A stretch of DNA of 63,319 nucleotides, the filler included. It is 10 parts of 10 records of this genome, joined end to end, with 100 filler letters (N's around TTAATTAATTAA, not from the genome) between each part and the next. Parts side by side here need not be neighbours in the genome. Positions count along the whole stretch, not along the records: positions 1 to 7,365 come from SRR20825010_1084; positions 7,466 to 12,600 come from SRR20825010_1091; 8 more parts are not named here. One strand, written 5' to 3'. The translations under genes and the position numbers were made by a program. Below the pieces are notes generated by a model, which was not told the DNA's origin, searched no databases, and saw only the letters and a list, made by a program, of their open reading frames with translations. Position 1 is the stretch's first letter; every line of letters starts with the position of its first letter. Positions 1-9,234 of the stretch are shown piece by piece.

Positions 1-251
1 CGCCCAATTCGTTCAAGAATACGTCTGTCGCGCTAAAATAACAAACCGCCGCGCGCGGCTTTCGTGCCGAAATTCGCCAGGTTTCCGCCTTTATGCGCGA
101 CCGCTAACCAACCGGTAAGGTTCTGCCGCTAGAAAAGACGTCAGCGGACGGTTGCACGGCAAATGACCTCCCGGCTCTATCAGTTTCGCGTTTCCGGGAT
201 TGCCGTTTCAGGTATTGCGTATGCAACCGCCGCCCAGCGTCGGGCGAGGCG

Positions 252-683
252 CTAGAGCTTCTTCGCCACCCATGAATAGCTGTCAGTCACTACATGCAGC
301 GGCGCCGTCAAAACGGTTCCGAGCGTCTGGCGCGACGGCACTATCCCCATCATCGCCGCCATCGATCGCCCGCTCAGGCGCCGGAGCAGGCTCGACGTGT
401 CTGGTTCGGGCGTCGCGGCCGATGTATCAGGCACGGTCACGGATGAAGGCAAACCGGCCTCCGGGTTGCGTCCAAGCGCGACATTGACCAGTTCGCCGGG
501 CTCGCGGCAGACCGCAATGATGGTGGGATAACCGCTGTCACCATAGGCCGACAGGGTCCTTTCCAGCTCGCTGTCGCAGGCCTCCACGGTGGCGTAGCGG
601 GTTTCGGCCATATCGATGTAGCTGCACTGGTTCAGGCTGTCATCGCAGCCGAAAATCGTCATCGCAATCAGCGCCGCCTGCAT
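252..683 (-). CDS. hypothetical exported protein with Cys-rich N-terminal domain
   Basis: 143-aa ORF, GAGG just upstream of ATG, hydrophobic N-terminus, four Cys in first 60 aa; no recognised family. Confidence 0.6.
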   Translation of the reverse strand: MQAALIAMTIFGCDDSLNQCSYIDMAETRYATVEACDSELERTLSAYGDSGYPTIIAVCREPGELVNVALGRNPEAGLPSSVTVPDTSAATPEPDTSSLLRRLSGRSMAAMMGIVPSRQTLGTVLTAPLHVVTDSYSWVAKKL

Positions 684-864
684 GCCTCACCTCGTTCGTT
701 TCAGGGCTGACTACATCTTTCGCGCGAATGCGCCTCAAACAAGGCGGCGCAGCCCCAACCCGGCAGATTAACGAGGTTGGGGACGAGATTTGAAAGCGGC
801 GGGAAGAAATACCGGCATGCTCGCCGGGCCTGAAGCGGACGTTTCCGTCAACGGCCGACCGAAC

Positions 865-1554
865 CTATGTCTCGGCGGCCAGTTCGGCCCGTTGTTCCTT
901 GAGCAATTGAAGCGCGACGACGCAGGCGTTCTCTACGTGAAGAGAGGCAATCCTGGCAGCTTCCTCCGCGTCACGTTTCTCAAGTGCCGCTGCCAGGGCG
1001 TCGATCTCGGCGAGGCTCTGGTCGATGCGTTCGGGATGCATCAGCGAGGTCGCGCGCAGGAGGTTGATCCGCGAAAACAGACTTTGCAGCACCTCGCGGG
1101 CGAGGTTGTTGCCGCAATTGCCGAGCATGATGTTATAAAGCCGGCTCTTGGCTTCCAGCACCTCCGACTTGTCGCCGGACAGGGCATGCTGGCGAAGCGC
1201 CTCGGCGCCCTTGGTAAATTGCCTGATGGCTTCATCGGAACCGTTCAGGGCGAATTCCCGCGCGGCAAATCCCTCGAGCACCCCGCGAAGCGCATAGAGT
1301 TCCTTCGCTTCCTCCAGCGAAATGACGGCGACCACGGGCCCCTTGTGCGGCACGATCGCGAGCAGCTTTTCGGCTTCCAGCTTGCGCAGCGCCTCCCTCA
1401 GCGAGGTGCGGCTTACGCCGAGTTCCTCGCACAGTTCCCGCTCGATGAGCCGCGCCCCCGGCTGGTAGCGGCCGGAGGTGATCGCCTGGCGAACAGCGTT
1501 CTCGATCTGTCGGCGCAACGTGTCCGGTTGCAGCGCTGTCCCACGTGAACTCAT
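865..1554 (-). CDS. GntR/FadR-family (FCD domain) transcriptional regulator
   Basis: wHTH motif PGARLIERELCEELGVSRTSLREAL; start set at MSSRG (1554). Confidence 0.92.
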   Translation of the reverse strand: MSSRGTALQPDTLRRQIENAVRQAITSGRYQPGARLIERELCEELGVSRTSLREALRKLEAEKLLAIVPHKGPVVAVISLEEAKELYALRGVLEGFAAREFALNGSDEAIRQFTKGAEALRQHALSGDKSEVLEAKSRLYNIMLGNCGNNLAREVLQSLFSRINLLRATSLMHPERIDQSLAEIDALAAALEKRDAEEAARIASLHVENACVVALQLLKEQRAELAAET

Positions 1555-1650
1555 CAAGTCATCCCGTATTACATTATGACTATCCGCCATTAACACGAAA
1601 CGCCCATGCCCAACAAGCCGCCTGCCGCGCAGCCTCACCCGGCAAAGCGG

Positions 1651-2040
1651 CTATTTGTCGGCTGAGCGATAGTCGGCTTCGGCGACTTCCTCCAGCCAAT
1701 CGGTCTTGCCGATCGAGATCGCGGTGTGCAGCAGATAGCTGTCTGCGGCCGCGCCATGCCAGTGCTTTTCGTCCTTGGCGATCCAGACGGTGTCGCCGGT
1801 GTTAAGTTCCTGCGCCGCCTCACCTTCCTTGCAGACCCAGCCCTTGCCGGCAATGACCGTCAGGACCTGACCCGTTTCATGGGTATGCCAATAGGTGCGC
1901 GCGCCGGGCGAGAAGAACACGTTGTTGATCACAACGCCATCCGTCGGCGGCATCACGGGATCGGCATGAACCGTTCCGGTGAAGGTCTCGGTTTTCACTT
2001 CCGATGGAGCGCCGGTCTGGCGGCCGTGGAAAATCTTCAT
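1651..2040 (-). CDS. cupin domain protein
   Basis: FSPGARTYWHTH...GQ and HWHGA cupin motifs; GAGG before ATG at 2040. Confidence 0.88.
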   Translation of the reverse strand: MKIFHGRQTGAPSEVKTETFTGTVHADPVMPPTDGVVINNVFFSPGARTYWHTHETGQVLTVIAGKGWVCKEGEAAQELNTGDTVWIAKDEKHWHGAAADSYLLHTAISIGKTDWLEEVAEADYRSADK

Positions 2041-2044
2041 ATCC

Positions 2045-2941
2045 TCAATCCTTTTCGTGGAGGCGAACTTTGCCGGAAATGTCGCCGATGGCATCGACGA
2101 CGCGATTGCTGATGACATCGCCATAACCAAGCGCGGTTGCAAGGCCGAAACTTGCCATCGGCCCGGACGCGTTGAGCGAGGAAACGCCCAGTTCGTGGAG
2201 CAGATCGCAATAGAGCAGCACGTCCTTGGTCATCAGTTTCGAGGTGAGACCGCCCTCGAGATAGTCGCCATCGACGATCTTCGGGAAGCGGTTCAGGGTC
2301 GCGAAGTTCACCCCGCTGCTGGCATTGAGAACCTCGAGCAGGCGGTGGAGATCGAGACCGGCCTTCTTGCCGGCGACCATGACCTCGGCCGTGGCGGCCA
2401 GGCTGACGGCATTCAGAAAATTGTTCAAGAGCTTCGCGGTGTGTCCCGCGCCGCTTTCGCCCATCACGATGACCTTCCTGGCGATCAGCGCAAACACGGG
2501 TTCAAGTCGCTCGATCGCGCTGGCATCACCACCGACCATCAAAGTGAGCGCCGCCTTTTCCGCCGCCGCCGCGCCGCCGGAAATGCCGGCATCGACATAA
2601 TGGGCGCCCTTGTCGGCAAATTTGGCCGCGATCCGCCGCGTTGAGGCAGCAGACGCCGTGCTCATGTCGGCGACGACCTGTCCGGCGCGGACATTGTCCA
2701 GCAGGCCGCCCTCGCCTTCCACCACCTTCTCGATCACCGTGCTGTCGGGCAGCGAGAGAAACACGATGTCGGCCCGATCCATGATCTCGCGGGTGGAAGA
2801 GGCCCGCGTCGCACCGAACCGATCCGCGGCGGTCTCGTCCATGTCGAACCCCAGCACGTTGATGCCGCCCGTCACGATGCAGCGGGTCATCCGCCCGCCC
2901 ATGTTTCCAAGTCCGATGAAGCCTATCGTGTCGATTTCCAT
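2045..2941 (-). CDS. NAD(P)-dependent oxidoreductase, beta-hydroxyacid dehydrogenase (3-hydroxyisobutyrate DH-like) family
   Basis: IGFIGLGNMG Rossmann motif, DAGISGG, catalytic-Lys motif AKLLNN. Confidence 0.9.
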   Translation of the reverse strand: MEIDTIGFIGLGNMGGRMTRCIVTGGINVLGFDMDETAADRFGATRASSTREIMDRADIVFLSLPDSTVIEKVVEGEGGLLDNVRAGQVVADMSTASAASTRRIAAKFADKGAHYVDAGISGGAAAAEKAALTLMVGGDASAIERLEPVFALIARKVIVMGESGAGHTAKLLNNFLNAVSLAATAEVMVAGKKAGLDLHRLLEVLNASSGVNFATLNRFPKIVDGDYLEGGLTSKLMTKDVLLYCDLLHELGVSSLNASGPMASFGLATALGYGDVISNRVVDAIGDISGKVRLHEKD

Positions 2942-3040
2942 AGTGTAGTGACCCTTGCTGAGCGTATCCGTTTTGCCGGGGCAACGGCGGACCCATCCGG
3001 CCCGCAACGTCGCGGATCGATGATGGATTGAGGTGCCGCG

Positions 3041-3454
3041 CTATTCGTTCGGCGCGTCCTGATCCTGCTGCTCGGCGGACCAGTCCTTCAGCACCGCGCT
3101 CGCAGTCCTGAATGCCGCAAGCGCCGCCGGCGCGCCGCAATAGACCATCGCCTGCAGCAGCACCGCCTGAATTTCCTTCGGCGTCACACCATTGTTGAGC
3201 GCGCCCCTGACGTGGACGGCAAGTTCGTGATGCTGGTTCATCGCGGTCAGCATTGCAAGGTTCAGCATGCTGCGGGTGCGGAACGGCAGCGTTTCATCGC
3301 CCCATACCTCGCCCCAGCAGTATTCGGTCACAAGTCTCTGCGCCGGGCGGTTGAACTGATCCGCCTTTTCCCATGATTTTTCGACATGCGTGGCGCCCAG
3401 CACCGCCTTGCGATTCCGGAACCCTTTTTCGAACATTTCGCTTTCACCTGACAT
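3041..3454 (-). CDS. carboxymuconolactone decarboxylase (PcaC-like) family protein
   Basis: YCWGEVW...RTRS...ELAVHVRGALNNG...YCGAPAA. Confidence 0.88.
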   Translation of the reverse strand: MSGESEMFEKGFRNRKAVLGATHVEKSWEKADQFNRPAQRLVTEYCWGEVWGDETLPFRTRSMLNLAMLTAMNQHHELAVHVRGALNNGVTPKEIQAVLLQAMVYCGAPAALAAFRTASAVLKDWSAEQQDQDAPNE

Positions 3455-3514
3455 GAAATCCAACCTCCCCCGCTCCGCGCGGCCGTTCAATTCCCAAATA
3501 TTAAAGGGCAGGCG

Positions 3515-4948
3515 TCACTGCCCCGCGCCGTAACCGATCATCGCTTTCGTTTCGAGATATTCGTGCAGGCCCGCCTCTCCCCATTCGCGGCCATTGCCGG
3601 ACCGGCGAAAGCCGCCGAACGGCGCGGCAAAATCGGGCGGTGGGTAATTGATGTGTACCTGCCCGCCCGAGAGCCGGCGCGCAAGCGCGCGCGCGCGATC
3701 CCTGTCGGCAGACTGGACATAGGCGGCCAGCCCGTATGAGGTGCCGTTGGCGATCGCGACCGCCTCATCGTCGCTGTCATAAGGAATGATCGCGAGCACC
3801 GGGCCGAATATCTCCTCGCGCGCGATCGTCATGTCCGGGGTGACGTCGCTGAAGACGGTGGGTCGCACGAAGTAACCCTTGTCGAGCCCCTCGGGCCGGC
3901 CGGGTCCGCCAGCCACCAGCGTCGCGCCTTCCGCGATGCCCTTGCGGATGAAATCCTGGACGCGCTCGAACTGGCTCCGGTTCACGATCGGGCCAAGCTG
4001 TGTATCCTCGCGGTCCGTCGGTCCCACACGATAGGTCGCGGCAGCCTCTGCGGCGATCGATGCGGCCTTCGCCATCATCGCGCGCGGCACCAGCATGCGG
4101 GTCGGGATCGAACAGGATTGCCCGGAATTTGTGAAACAGCCGGCCACGCCCCGACGCACGGCATCATCGAGATCGACATCGTCGAGCAGGATATTGGCCG
4201 ATTTGCCGCCGAGTTCCTGAGCCACACGCTTGACGGTGGGGGCGGCCGCGCGCGCCACCTCGATCCCGGCCCGGGTCGAGCCGGTAAAGGAAACCATGTC
4301 GATATCCTCGTGGCGCGCGATCGCCGCGCCGACTGCGGGGCCAGCGCCATTCACAAGATTGAACACGCCCGGCGGCACGCCGGCCTCGTCCATTACCTCC
4401 GCGATCAGCAGCGCGCTCACCGCCGAATATTCGCTCGGCTTCAGAACCATCGTGCAGCCCGCGGCCAGCGCCGGGGCGACCTTGACGATCACCTGGTTAA
4501 CGGGCCAGTTCCAGGGCGTGATCAGGCCGCAGACGCCAACCGGCTCATAGCGGAGCCGCGTGGTGCCCCTGTCTTCCTCGAAGCTGAAGCGCTCAAGCAC
4601 GTCCAGCAGCGCGTTGACATGAATGGGAACCCGGGGGGCCTGCCCCTTTGCGGCAAAGGTGATGGGCGCGCCCATCTCGATCCGCATCGCCTCGACAAAT
4701 TCGTCGTAACGCCGGGTATAGATATCGAGAACCCGTCGCAGAAGCCCGATCCGCTCGGCAACCGAAGTCTCGGCGTAGGCAGGGAAAGCCCGCCGCGCGG
4801 CGGCAACGGCCCGGTCCACATCTTCCGACCCGCCAAGCGCCAGCCGTCCGTAAATCTCCTCGGTTGCCGGATCGACGAGATCCATCCAGTCCGGATTGGC
4901 CGGATCGACCCACATGCCGTCAATATAGAACTTGGCGTAATCCCTCAT
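3515..4948 (-). CDS. aldehyde dehydrogenase family protein
   Basis: ITPWNWP, FTGST, ELGGKS, catalytic Cys in NSGQSC, EEIFGP. Confidence 0.95.
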   Translation of the reverse strand: MRDYAKFYIDGMWVDPANPDWMDLVDPATEEIYGRLALGGSEDVDRAVAAARRAFPAYAETSVAERIGLLRRVLDIYTRRYDEFVEAMRIEMGAPITFAAKGQAPRVPIHVNALLDVLERFSFEEDRGTTRLRYEPVGVCGLITPWNWPVNQVIVKVAPALAAGCTMVLKPSEYSAVSALLIAEVMDEAGVPPGVFNLVNGAGPAVGAAIARHEDIDMVSFTGSTRAGIEVARAAAPTVKRVAQELGGKSANILLDDVDLDDAVRRGVAGCFTNSGQSCSIPTRMLVPRAMMAKAASIAAEAAATYRVGPTDREDTQLGPIVNRSQFERVQDFIRKGIAEGATLVAGGPGRPEGLDKGYFVRPTVFSDVTPDMTIAREEIFGPVLAIIPYDSDDEAVAIANGTSYGLAAYVQSADRDRARALARRLSGGQVHINYPPPDFAAPFGGFRRSGNGREWGEAGLHEYLETKAMIGYGAGQ

Positions 4949-5820
4949 CGCGGGTGTTCCGAAAGGAAGCGATACATCTCCGTGTGGTCGGTCGCGGGCG
5001 AAACGCCTTCGGCAATCCGGTGCCAGGTATTGATGCCGTAAGCGCCGAAGCTCAGCGTGTAGCCGACCGATTCGGCAAGCGAGCCTGCAATCGAGAGGTC
5101 CTTGTCCATCAGCTTGAGCGAAAACCCGGATCCAAAGGTGCCCGAAAGCATGAACTGCTTGACCTTGTTTTCCGAGGTATTGCTGCGACCGCTCGAGGCG
5201 TTGAGCACATCGGTCATGACGTCTTCGGCGATGCCGAACCGCTTGGCGACATGCAGCGCCTCGACCGTGACCATCAGCCCGCAGGCCGAGACCAGATTGT
5301 TGAGCGCCTTGGCGGCATGACCGGCGCCGGCCGGCCCGATGAACAGGATGGATTGCCCCATGGCCTCAAGGATCGGGCGGGCTACATCCATCTGAGCCTC
5401 GCTGCCGCCAACGAGGATTGCCAGCGTGCCGTTCTCGGCGCGTTTGACGCCGCCGGAAACCGGTGCATCGAGATAATGAAGACCACGCCCGACCAGCGTC
5501 TCGGCCAATTCGCGCGAGCGCACCGGCTCCGAGGAACTCATGTCGATCACCAGCGCGCCGGGTTTCAGCCGGTCGGCCCAGCCGCTTTCCAGCAGAACCG
5601 CCTCGACGATGGCCGAATTCGGAAGCATGGTAATCAGCACGTCCAACTCCCTCGCCACAGCCTCTGTCAGAGGCATGGCTGAAAGCTTCGCACAGATATG
5701 GTCGACGCGCTCGGGATCGGCGTCCGCGACATAGAGGGCGTTGCCGGCGCCAACGATGCGGGCGCACATCGGCGCGCCCATCATGCCAAGCCCGATAAAG
5801 CCGATTTTTTGAGCGTTCAT
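4945..5820 (-). CDS. NAD(P)-dependent oxidoreductase, beta-hydroxyacid dehydrogenase family
   Basis: IGFIGLGMMG, DAPVSGG, AKALNN; ATGA overlap with the downstream ALDH gene. Confidence 0.9.
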   Translation of the reverse strand: MNAQKIGFIGLGMMGAPMCARIVGAGNALYVADADPERVDHICAKLSAMPLTEAVARELDVLITMLPNSAIVEAVLLESGWADRLKPGALVIDMSSSEPVRSRELAETLVGRGLHYLDAPVSGGVKRAENGTLAILVGGSEAQMDVARPILEAMGQSILFIGPAGAGHAAKALNNLVSACGLMVTVEALHVAKRFGIAEDVMTDVLNASSGRSNTSENKVKQFMLSGTFGSGFSLKLMDKDLSIAGSLAESVGYTLSFGAYGINTWHRIAEGVSPATDHTEMYRFLSEHPR

Positions 5821-5885
5821 GACCTGATCGCCCCGCGATCCGAAAACCAGAATTCCATTCCCTATATGCCCTCCCTGGCAAATTT

Positions 5886-6212
5886 CTAGCGCAAGGCCGA
5901 AAAGTCGGTGGGCGCGAGAAAGCTGTTCTCGACCCGGGCGACGATCGGCGCATTGCGTTCGGATTCGGCGCGCGCGGCGATCCAGTCGGCATCCGACTGG
6001 AACGCATTCCAGCGCTGTTCACGATCGGCCATGCTTTTCCATTTCAGCAGATAGGTGAGCGCGTGGTTGTCGGGGCCGACGACAGTCGTCCAGAAGCCGA
6101 TCTGCTCGATGCCGTATTTGTCAAAAAAGCCCAGCGTCGTTGACCGGAAACGTTCCATCAGCGCCGGCAGCCGGCCCGGCGCACAATAGTAAATCCGCAG
6201 TTCCACGATCAT
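5886..6212 (-). CDS. NIPSNAP family protein
   Basis: ELRIY...PGRL...GFW...LAPTDFS pattern, 108 aa. Confidence 0.88.
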   Translation of the reverse strand: MIVELRIYYCAPGRLPALMERFRSTTLGFFDKYGIEQIGFWTTVVGPDNHALTYLLKWKSMADREQRWNAFQSDADWIAARAESERNAPIVARVENSFLAPTDFSALR

Positions 6213-6256
6213 CCGACAATTCCTTCTCTTGATAGGGTTGGAGTCTATTTTTGCTA

Positions 6257-6269
6257 TGACATTCTGTCA
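6257..6269. promoter_or_regulatory. palindromic candidate operator TGACA-TTC-TGTCA upstream of the NIPSNAP-to-cupin operon
   Basis: perfect 5-bp inverted repeat in an AT-rich intergenic region; binding by the cluster's GntR is inference. Confidence 0.45.
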
Positions 6270-6321
6270 ATAATACAATATCTGACGTCGCGGGTTAATC
6301 AGCCGATTTCACAGAGTGAAA

Positions 6322-7125
6322 CTAGCGGTCCTGCGGGTGTTCGTCCTCGTCAAGCTTGACCGCAAACGCCGCGGTTTGATCATTGAACGACGGATACCGG
6401 TTCATCACCGCTGGATCGTGACCGGGGACGATGTGGCTGTCCCGGCCGGCCAGTTCCTTCAGCCGCTGGTAGCCCACCACCGTATCGGAAACGCTGTCGC
6501 AGGTCGGAAATACCCTGCCTGTCTGAAAGTGTTCGTAAAGGTGGCTGGCGTCGGATGCCAGCACCACGGGGCCGCGTTTCGTCTCGACCCGCACGCACTG
6601 CAAGCCACGGGAGTGGCCGCCGATGTGATGGACGGTGATCCCCGGAAAAAGCTCGCGATCGCCCAGGCAGAACGAAACTTTGCCGGCATAGATACGCCGA
6701 ACCATCCCGGCGACGTCATCCACCTCATAAGGGTGGTTGAGGAAATGATGACACATGCACGGACCTGTGGCGTAGCGCATCTCGCTTTCCTGCATATAGA
6801 AGCAGGCATTCGGGAACAGGTCGTTATTGCCGGCGTGATCGTAATGCATATGCGTGGTGATCACGTGCTCGACAGCGTTGAATTCCACGCCGACGGCCGA
6901 CAGAGCCGTGTGAACCGGCGTTATCAGTTCACGGCCTCGGCGCATGCCAGACTGCGGATTGAACCCGGTATCGACCACGATGGTGCGGGCCGCATTGCGG
7001 ATCACCCAGACATAGTAATCGATGGGCATCGAGTGGTCGTGGGCATCGCCGCCAATGAAATTCTGCGACGCCGGACGATCATTGCGCGCGTATTTCAATG
7101 CCAGGATTTCGTATCTGTCGGTCAT
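6322..7125 (-). CDS. metallo-beta-lactamase-fold hydrolase, N-acyl-homoserine lactonase (AiiA/AttM-like) family
   Basis: VDTG, THMHYDH (HxHxDH), GHS, DASH, PGHD metal ligands. Confidence 0.88.
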   Translation of the reverse strand: MTDRYEILALKYARNDRPASQNFIGGDAHDHSMPIDYYVWVIRNAARTIVVDTGFNPQSGMRRGRELITPVHTALSAVGVEFNAVEHVITTHMHYDHAGNNDLFPNACFYMQESEMRYATGPCMCHHFLNHPYEVDDVAGMVRRIYAGKVSFCLGDRELFPGITVHHIGGHSRGLQCVRVETKRGPVVLASDASHLYEHFQTGRVFPTCDSVSDTVVGYQRLKELAGRDSHIVPGHDPAVMNRYPSFNDQTAAFAVKLDEDEHPQDR

Positions 7126-7212
7126 GCTGCTCTCGCCTCAACGTTTCATCTTTCCCGTGCCGGAAACGGAAAATGCGCGTCCGGCGATCGCGCGACCGCC
7201 GGACGCTTGTTG

Positions 7213-7365
7213 CTACTTCTTCGGCCACATCGGCGCGGACAGCGCCAGGTCTTCCGGGAACACGGTGACCGGAACGCCGTCCTGCCACTGGATCACCGTA
7301 AGGCTCGCGCCTTCGCGACGGCCCTTGTCGTCGAAGCTCAGCGTGCCGCCGGGATAGTATTCGGC
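7213..7365 (-). CDS. ABC transporter substrate-binding protein (branched-chain amino acid type), C-terminal fragment
   Basis: hand translation AEYYPGGTLSFDDKGRREGASLTVIQWQDGVPVTVFPEDLALSAPMWPKK*; 5' end cut by contig edge. Confidence 0.65.
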   Translation of the reverse strand, partial: AEYYPGGTLSFDDKGRREGASLTVIQWQDGVPVTVFPEDLALSAPMWPKK

Positions 7366-7465
7366 NNNNNNNNNNNNNNNNNNNNNNNNNNNNNNNNNNN
7401 NNNNNNNNNTTAATTAATTAANNNNNNNNNNNNNNNNNNNNNNNNNNNNNNNNNNNNNNNNNNNN
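7366..7465. other. artificial contig spacer (N-run, TTAATTAATTAA, N-run)
   Basis: 100-nt linker with stops in all six frames; same linker at 12601-12700, 28716-28815, 32256-32355, 35489-35588, 40454-40553, 50994-51093, 55125-55224, 59236-59335. Confidence 0.99.
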
Positions 7466-7676
7466 GACGGGAATTCCGTCTTGCCAGCGCTATTTACGGC
7501 GGGAACGCCGCGAGGGTGAGAGGCAAACCGGACAGAAAGGGGCCGTTTATGCCACAGATGGACGAAAGCGCGTGACGGCGATCACCAACGGCGCATTGCC
7601 GGAGCCGTGTCGGCCCGCTTGACGGGCACACGGGCCTGTGGTTCACTTCAATTTTCAATGGAATTATGGGGGCAGA

Positions 7677-7967
7677 ATGAAACCCGTTTTTGCCGTGATT
7701 GGCCTCACCCTCCTCGCGGCCTGCACGATTGAGGAGCCGCCGATTGATTATTCGAACCTCAATGAGAGCGACAAGACGGCGAGCTGTCAGGATTTGAGCA
7801 TTGAATATGCGGCCAATACCGACCGCGCCACCGAACTTGCAGGGAAAAAGGCCACCTCCGGGCAGGCAAATGACCTGCTGGACCGGAATATCTCGGTCAA
7901 GGAACTGGCCGAGCGCAAAGGCTGCAACACCGTCCTCTGGCCGGAACAGCCGGAAAAGGCGTTCTAG
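7677..7967 (+). CDS. small hypothetical lipoprotein
   Basis: signal peptide with lipobox MKPVFAVIGLTLLAA-C; two further Cys. Confidence 0.7.
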   Translation: MKPVFAVIGLTLLAACTIEEPPIDYSNLNESDKTASCQDLSIEYAANTDRATELAGKKATSGQANDLLDRNISVKELAERKGCNTVLWPEQPEKAF

Positions 7968-7988
7968 GCGGGAAAATATCGCGGGATT

Positions 7989-8019
7989 AAAAGGGAGGCC
8001 GGTTAGAGCCTCCCCTTTT
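7989..8019. terminator. bidirectional intrinsic terminator
   Basis: AAAAGGGAGGC-CGGTTAGA-GCCTCCCCTTTT between convergent genes. Confidence 0.8.
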
Positions 8020-8025
8020 GTTGGA

Positions 8026-8211
8026 TCAGCCGTTCTTTGTCAGTGCGGCGTCGATAACACGGCGGAGGTCGCTTGCTTCCTCCCCCACATGGCTGAGGAT
8101 GGCATCGACTTGCGACTGGTCAAGCTCGCCCTTCTGCGCGCGGAGCGCGGCGTTTACGAGGAACGCGCCGCCCTCGATCAGGGCGATAAGGGAGGCGGAG
8201 GTAATTTCCAT
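8026..8211 (-). CDS. small hypothetical protein, last gene of lysis-like cassette
   Basis: 61 aa, GGAG upstream, begins 4 nt after the previous stop, followed by terminator. Confidence 0.55.
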   Translation of the reverse strand: MEITSASLIALIEGGAFLVNAALRAQKGELDQSQVDAILSHVGEEASDLRRVIDAALTKNG

Positions 8212-8215
8212 GGAC

Positions 8216-8539
8216 CTAGCTCCCTTTTCCGGTGTCATTTTCGGCGGCAAGCCGCGCTTCCAGCAAAATCACTGACTGCGCCGCAAGACGGTTGAGCGCC
8301 GCGACATAATCCGGATCGTTGCGGCAGCTTTCCTCCACAATCACCGACGCATCGCGAATATCGCGGAGCGTGGCCGGATGATGAATCGTGCCATCGAGGA
8401 TGAAATTCTTCACGATCCCCATGGTGGTGGCGAGGCCGTCGCAGGTGACAAGCAGCTGATCGCGCGGCGAGAGCTGACCCAGCGGCGCGGCGCAGGCCGC
8501 CAGCCCCAAGAGGAGCGCGGCAATGAGGGCGCGCCTCAT
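8216..8539 (-). CDS. hypothetical lipoprotein (possible spanin-like accessory lysis protein)
   Basis: lipobox MRRALIAALLLGLAA-C; ATGA overlap with the holin-like gene; function inferred from context only. Confidence 0.65.
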   Translation of the reverse strand: MRRALIAALLLGLAACAAPLGQLSPRDQLLVTCDGLATTMGIVKNFILDGTIHHPATLRDIRDASVIVEESCRNDPDYVAALNRLAAQSVILLEARLAAENDTGKGS

Positions 8540-8712
8540 TTGGTGGTCTCCGTTGTGATGGCGGCGCGGATGGTCATGGCGGTCAGCGCGGCGAAGATCG
8601 CCTCGATCATGTCCTTGAGCGCGATCTCGTCCAGAACATAGCTGCCCACCGCCGCAATAATGGCGAGCGCCGCCGTGACATAGGTTTTCTTACCCTTCAA
8701 ATAGGTCTTCAT
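8536..8712 (-). CDS. holin-like small membrane protein
   Basis: 58 aa, basic N-terminus MKTYLKGKKTY and two hydrophobic segments; TGATG coupling to the endolysin-like gene. Confidence 0.6.
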   Translation of the reverse strand: MKTYLKGKKTYVTAALAIIAAVGSYVLDEIALKDMIEAIFAALTAMTIRAAITTETTK

Positions 8713-9173
8713 CAGGTCATTCCTTCTGTTAGGGGACGGGCGCATTTGAGGTATTTTTCCACCGTGCCACGCCCGAGCGCGGTGTTGTAATGGCACTTCC
8801 AATAGGCCGCCTGCCCTTTAAGATCATCCGGGATCGCACCGGGTTTCCGCCAGTAATGGATCCGGCAGATCGCGGTCGCGAATTTAAGGTTCCAGACAAG
8901 TTGCGAGACTTTCGGCACCCCTTCCCCCGCCATGAACAGCCGGAGCCGCCGGAGAAGCGCGGGGCGGCGTCCGAGATAACGGAGGATGTCGTCATAGGTT
9001 GCGGGTTCGCATTGATAGAAGCCGAGCGCGGGCCCGCGTATTTGCCTCAAGTGGCGAAATCCGCTCTCCACCAGCCCGGTGCCGAGGACAAGGTCTTCCG
9101 CATTCACACCGCCCATTTGCAGCGCGTCCAGCGTGGGACGGACAATAAGTTCGCGTAAGTCCTGAATAATCAA
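8712..9173 (-). CDS. phage-type lysozyme-like / lytic transglycosylase protein (putative endolysin)
   Basis: SLT-like motifs: VES (catalytic Glu), ALGFYQ, HYN..G; no signal peptide; TTG start after AAGGAG. Confidence 0.65.
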   Translation of the reverse strand: MIIQDLRELIVRPTLDALQMGGVNAEDLVLGTGLVESGFRHLRQIRGPALGFYQCEPATYDDILRYLGRRPALLRRLRLFMAGEGVPKVSQLVWNLKFATAICRIHYWRKPGAIPDDLKGQAAYWKCHYNTALGRGTVEKYLKCARPLTEGMT

Positions 9174-9234
9174 TTGCCTTGCTCCTTCTGCGTCGTAAAC
9201 TGACGATGCCGCGTCCCAAGTTGAAAGTTGCCCG

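Noticed and set aside
790-5682. Long + strand ORFs antisense to the catabolic cluster (790-1548, 4118-5041, 4864-5682)
   Set aside because: Shadow ORFs expected in high-GC coding DNA; no motifs, while the opposite strand has clear family matches
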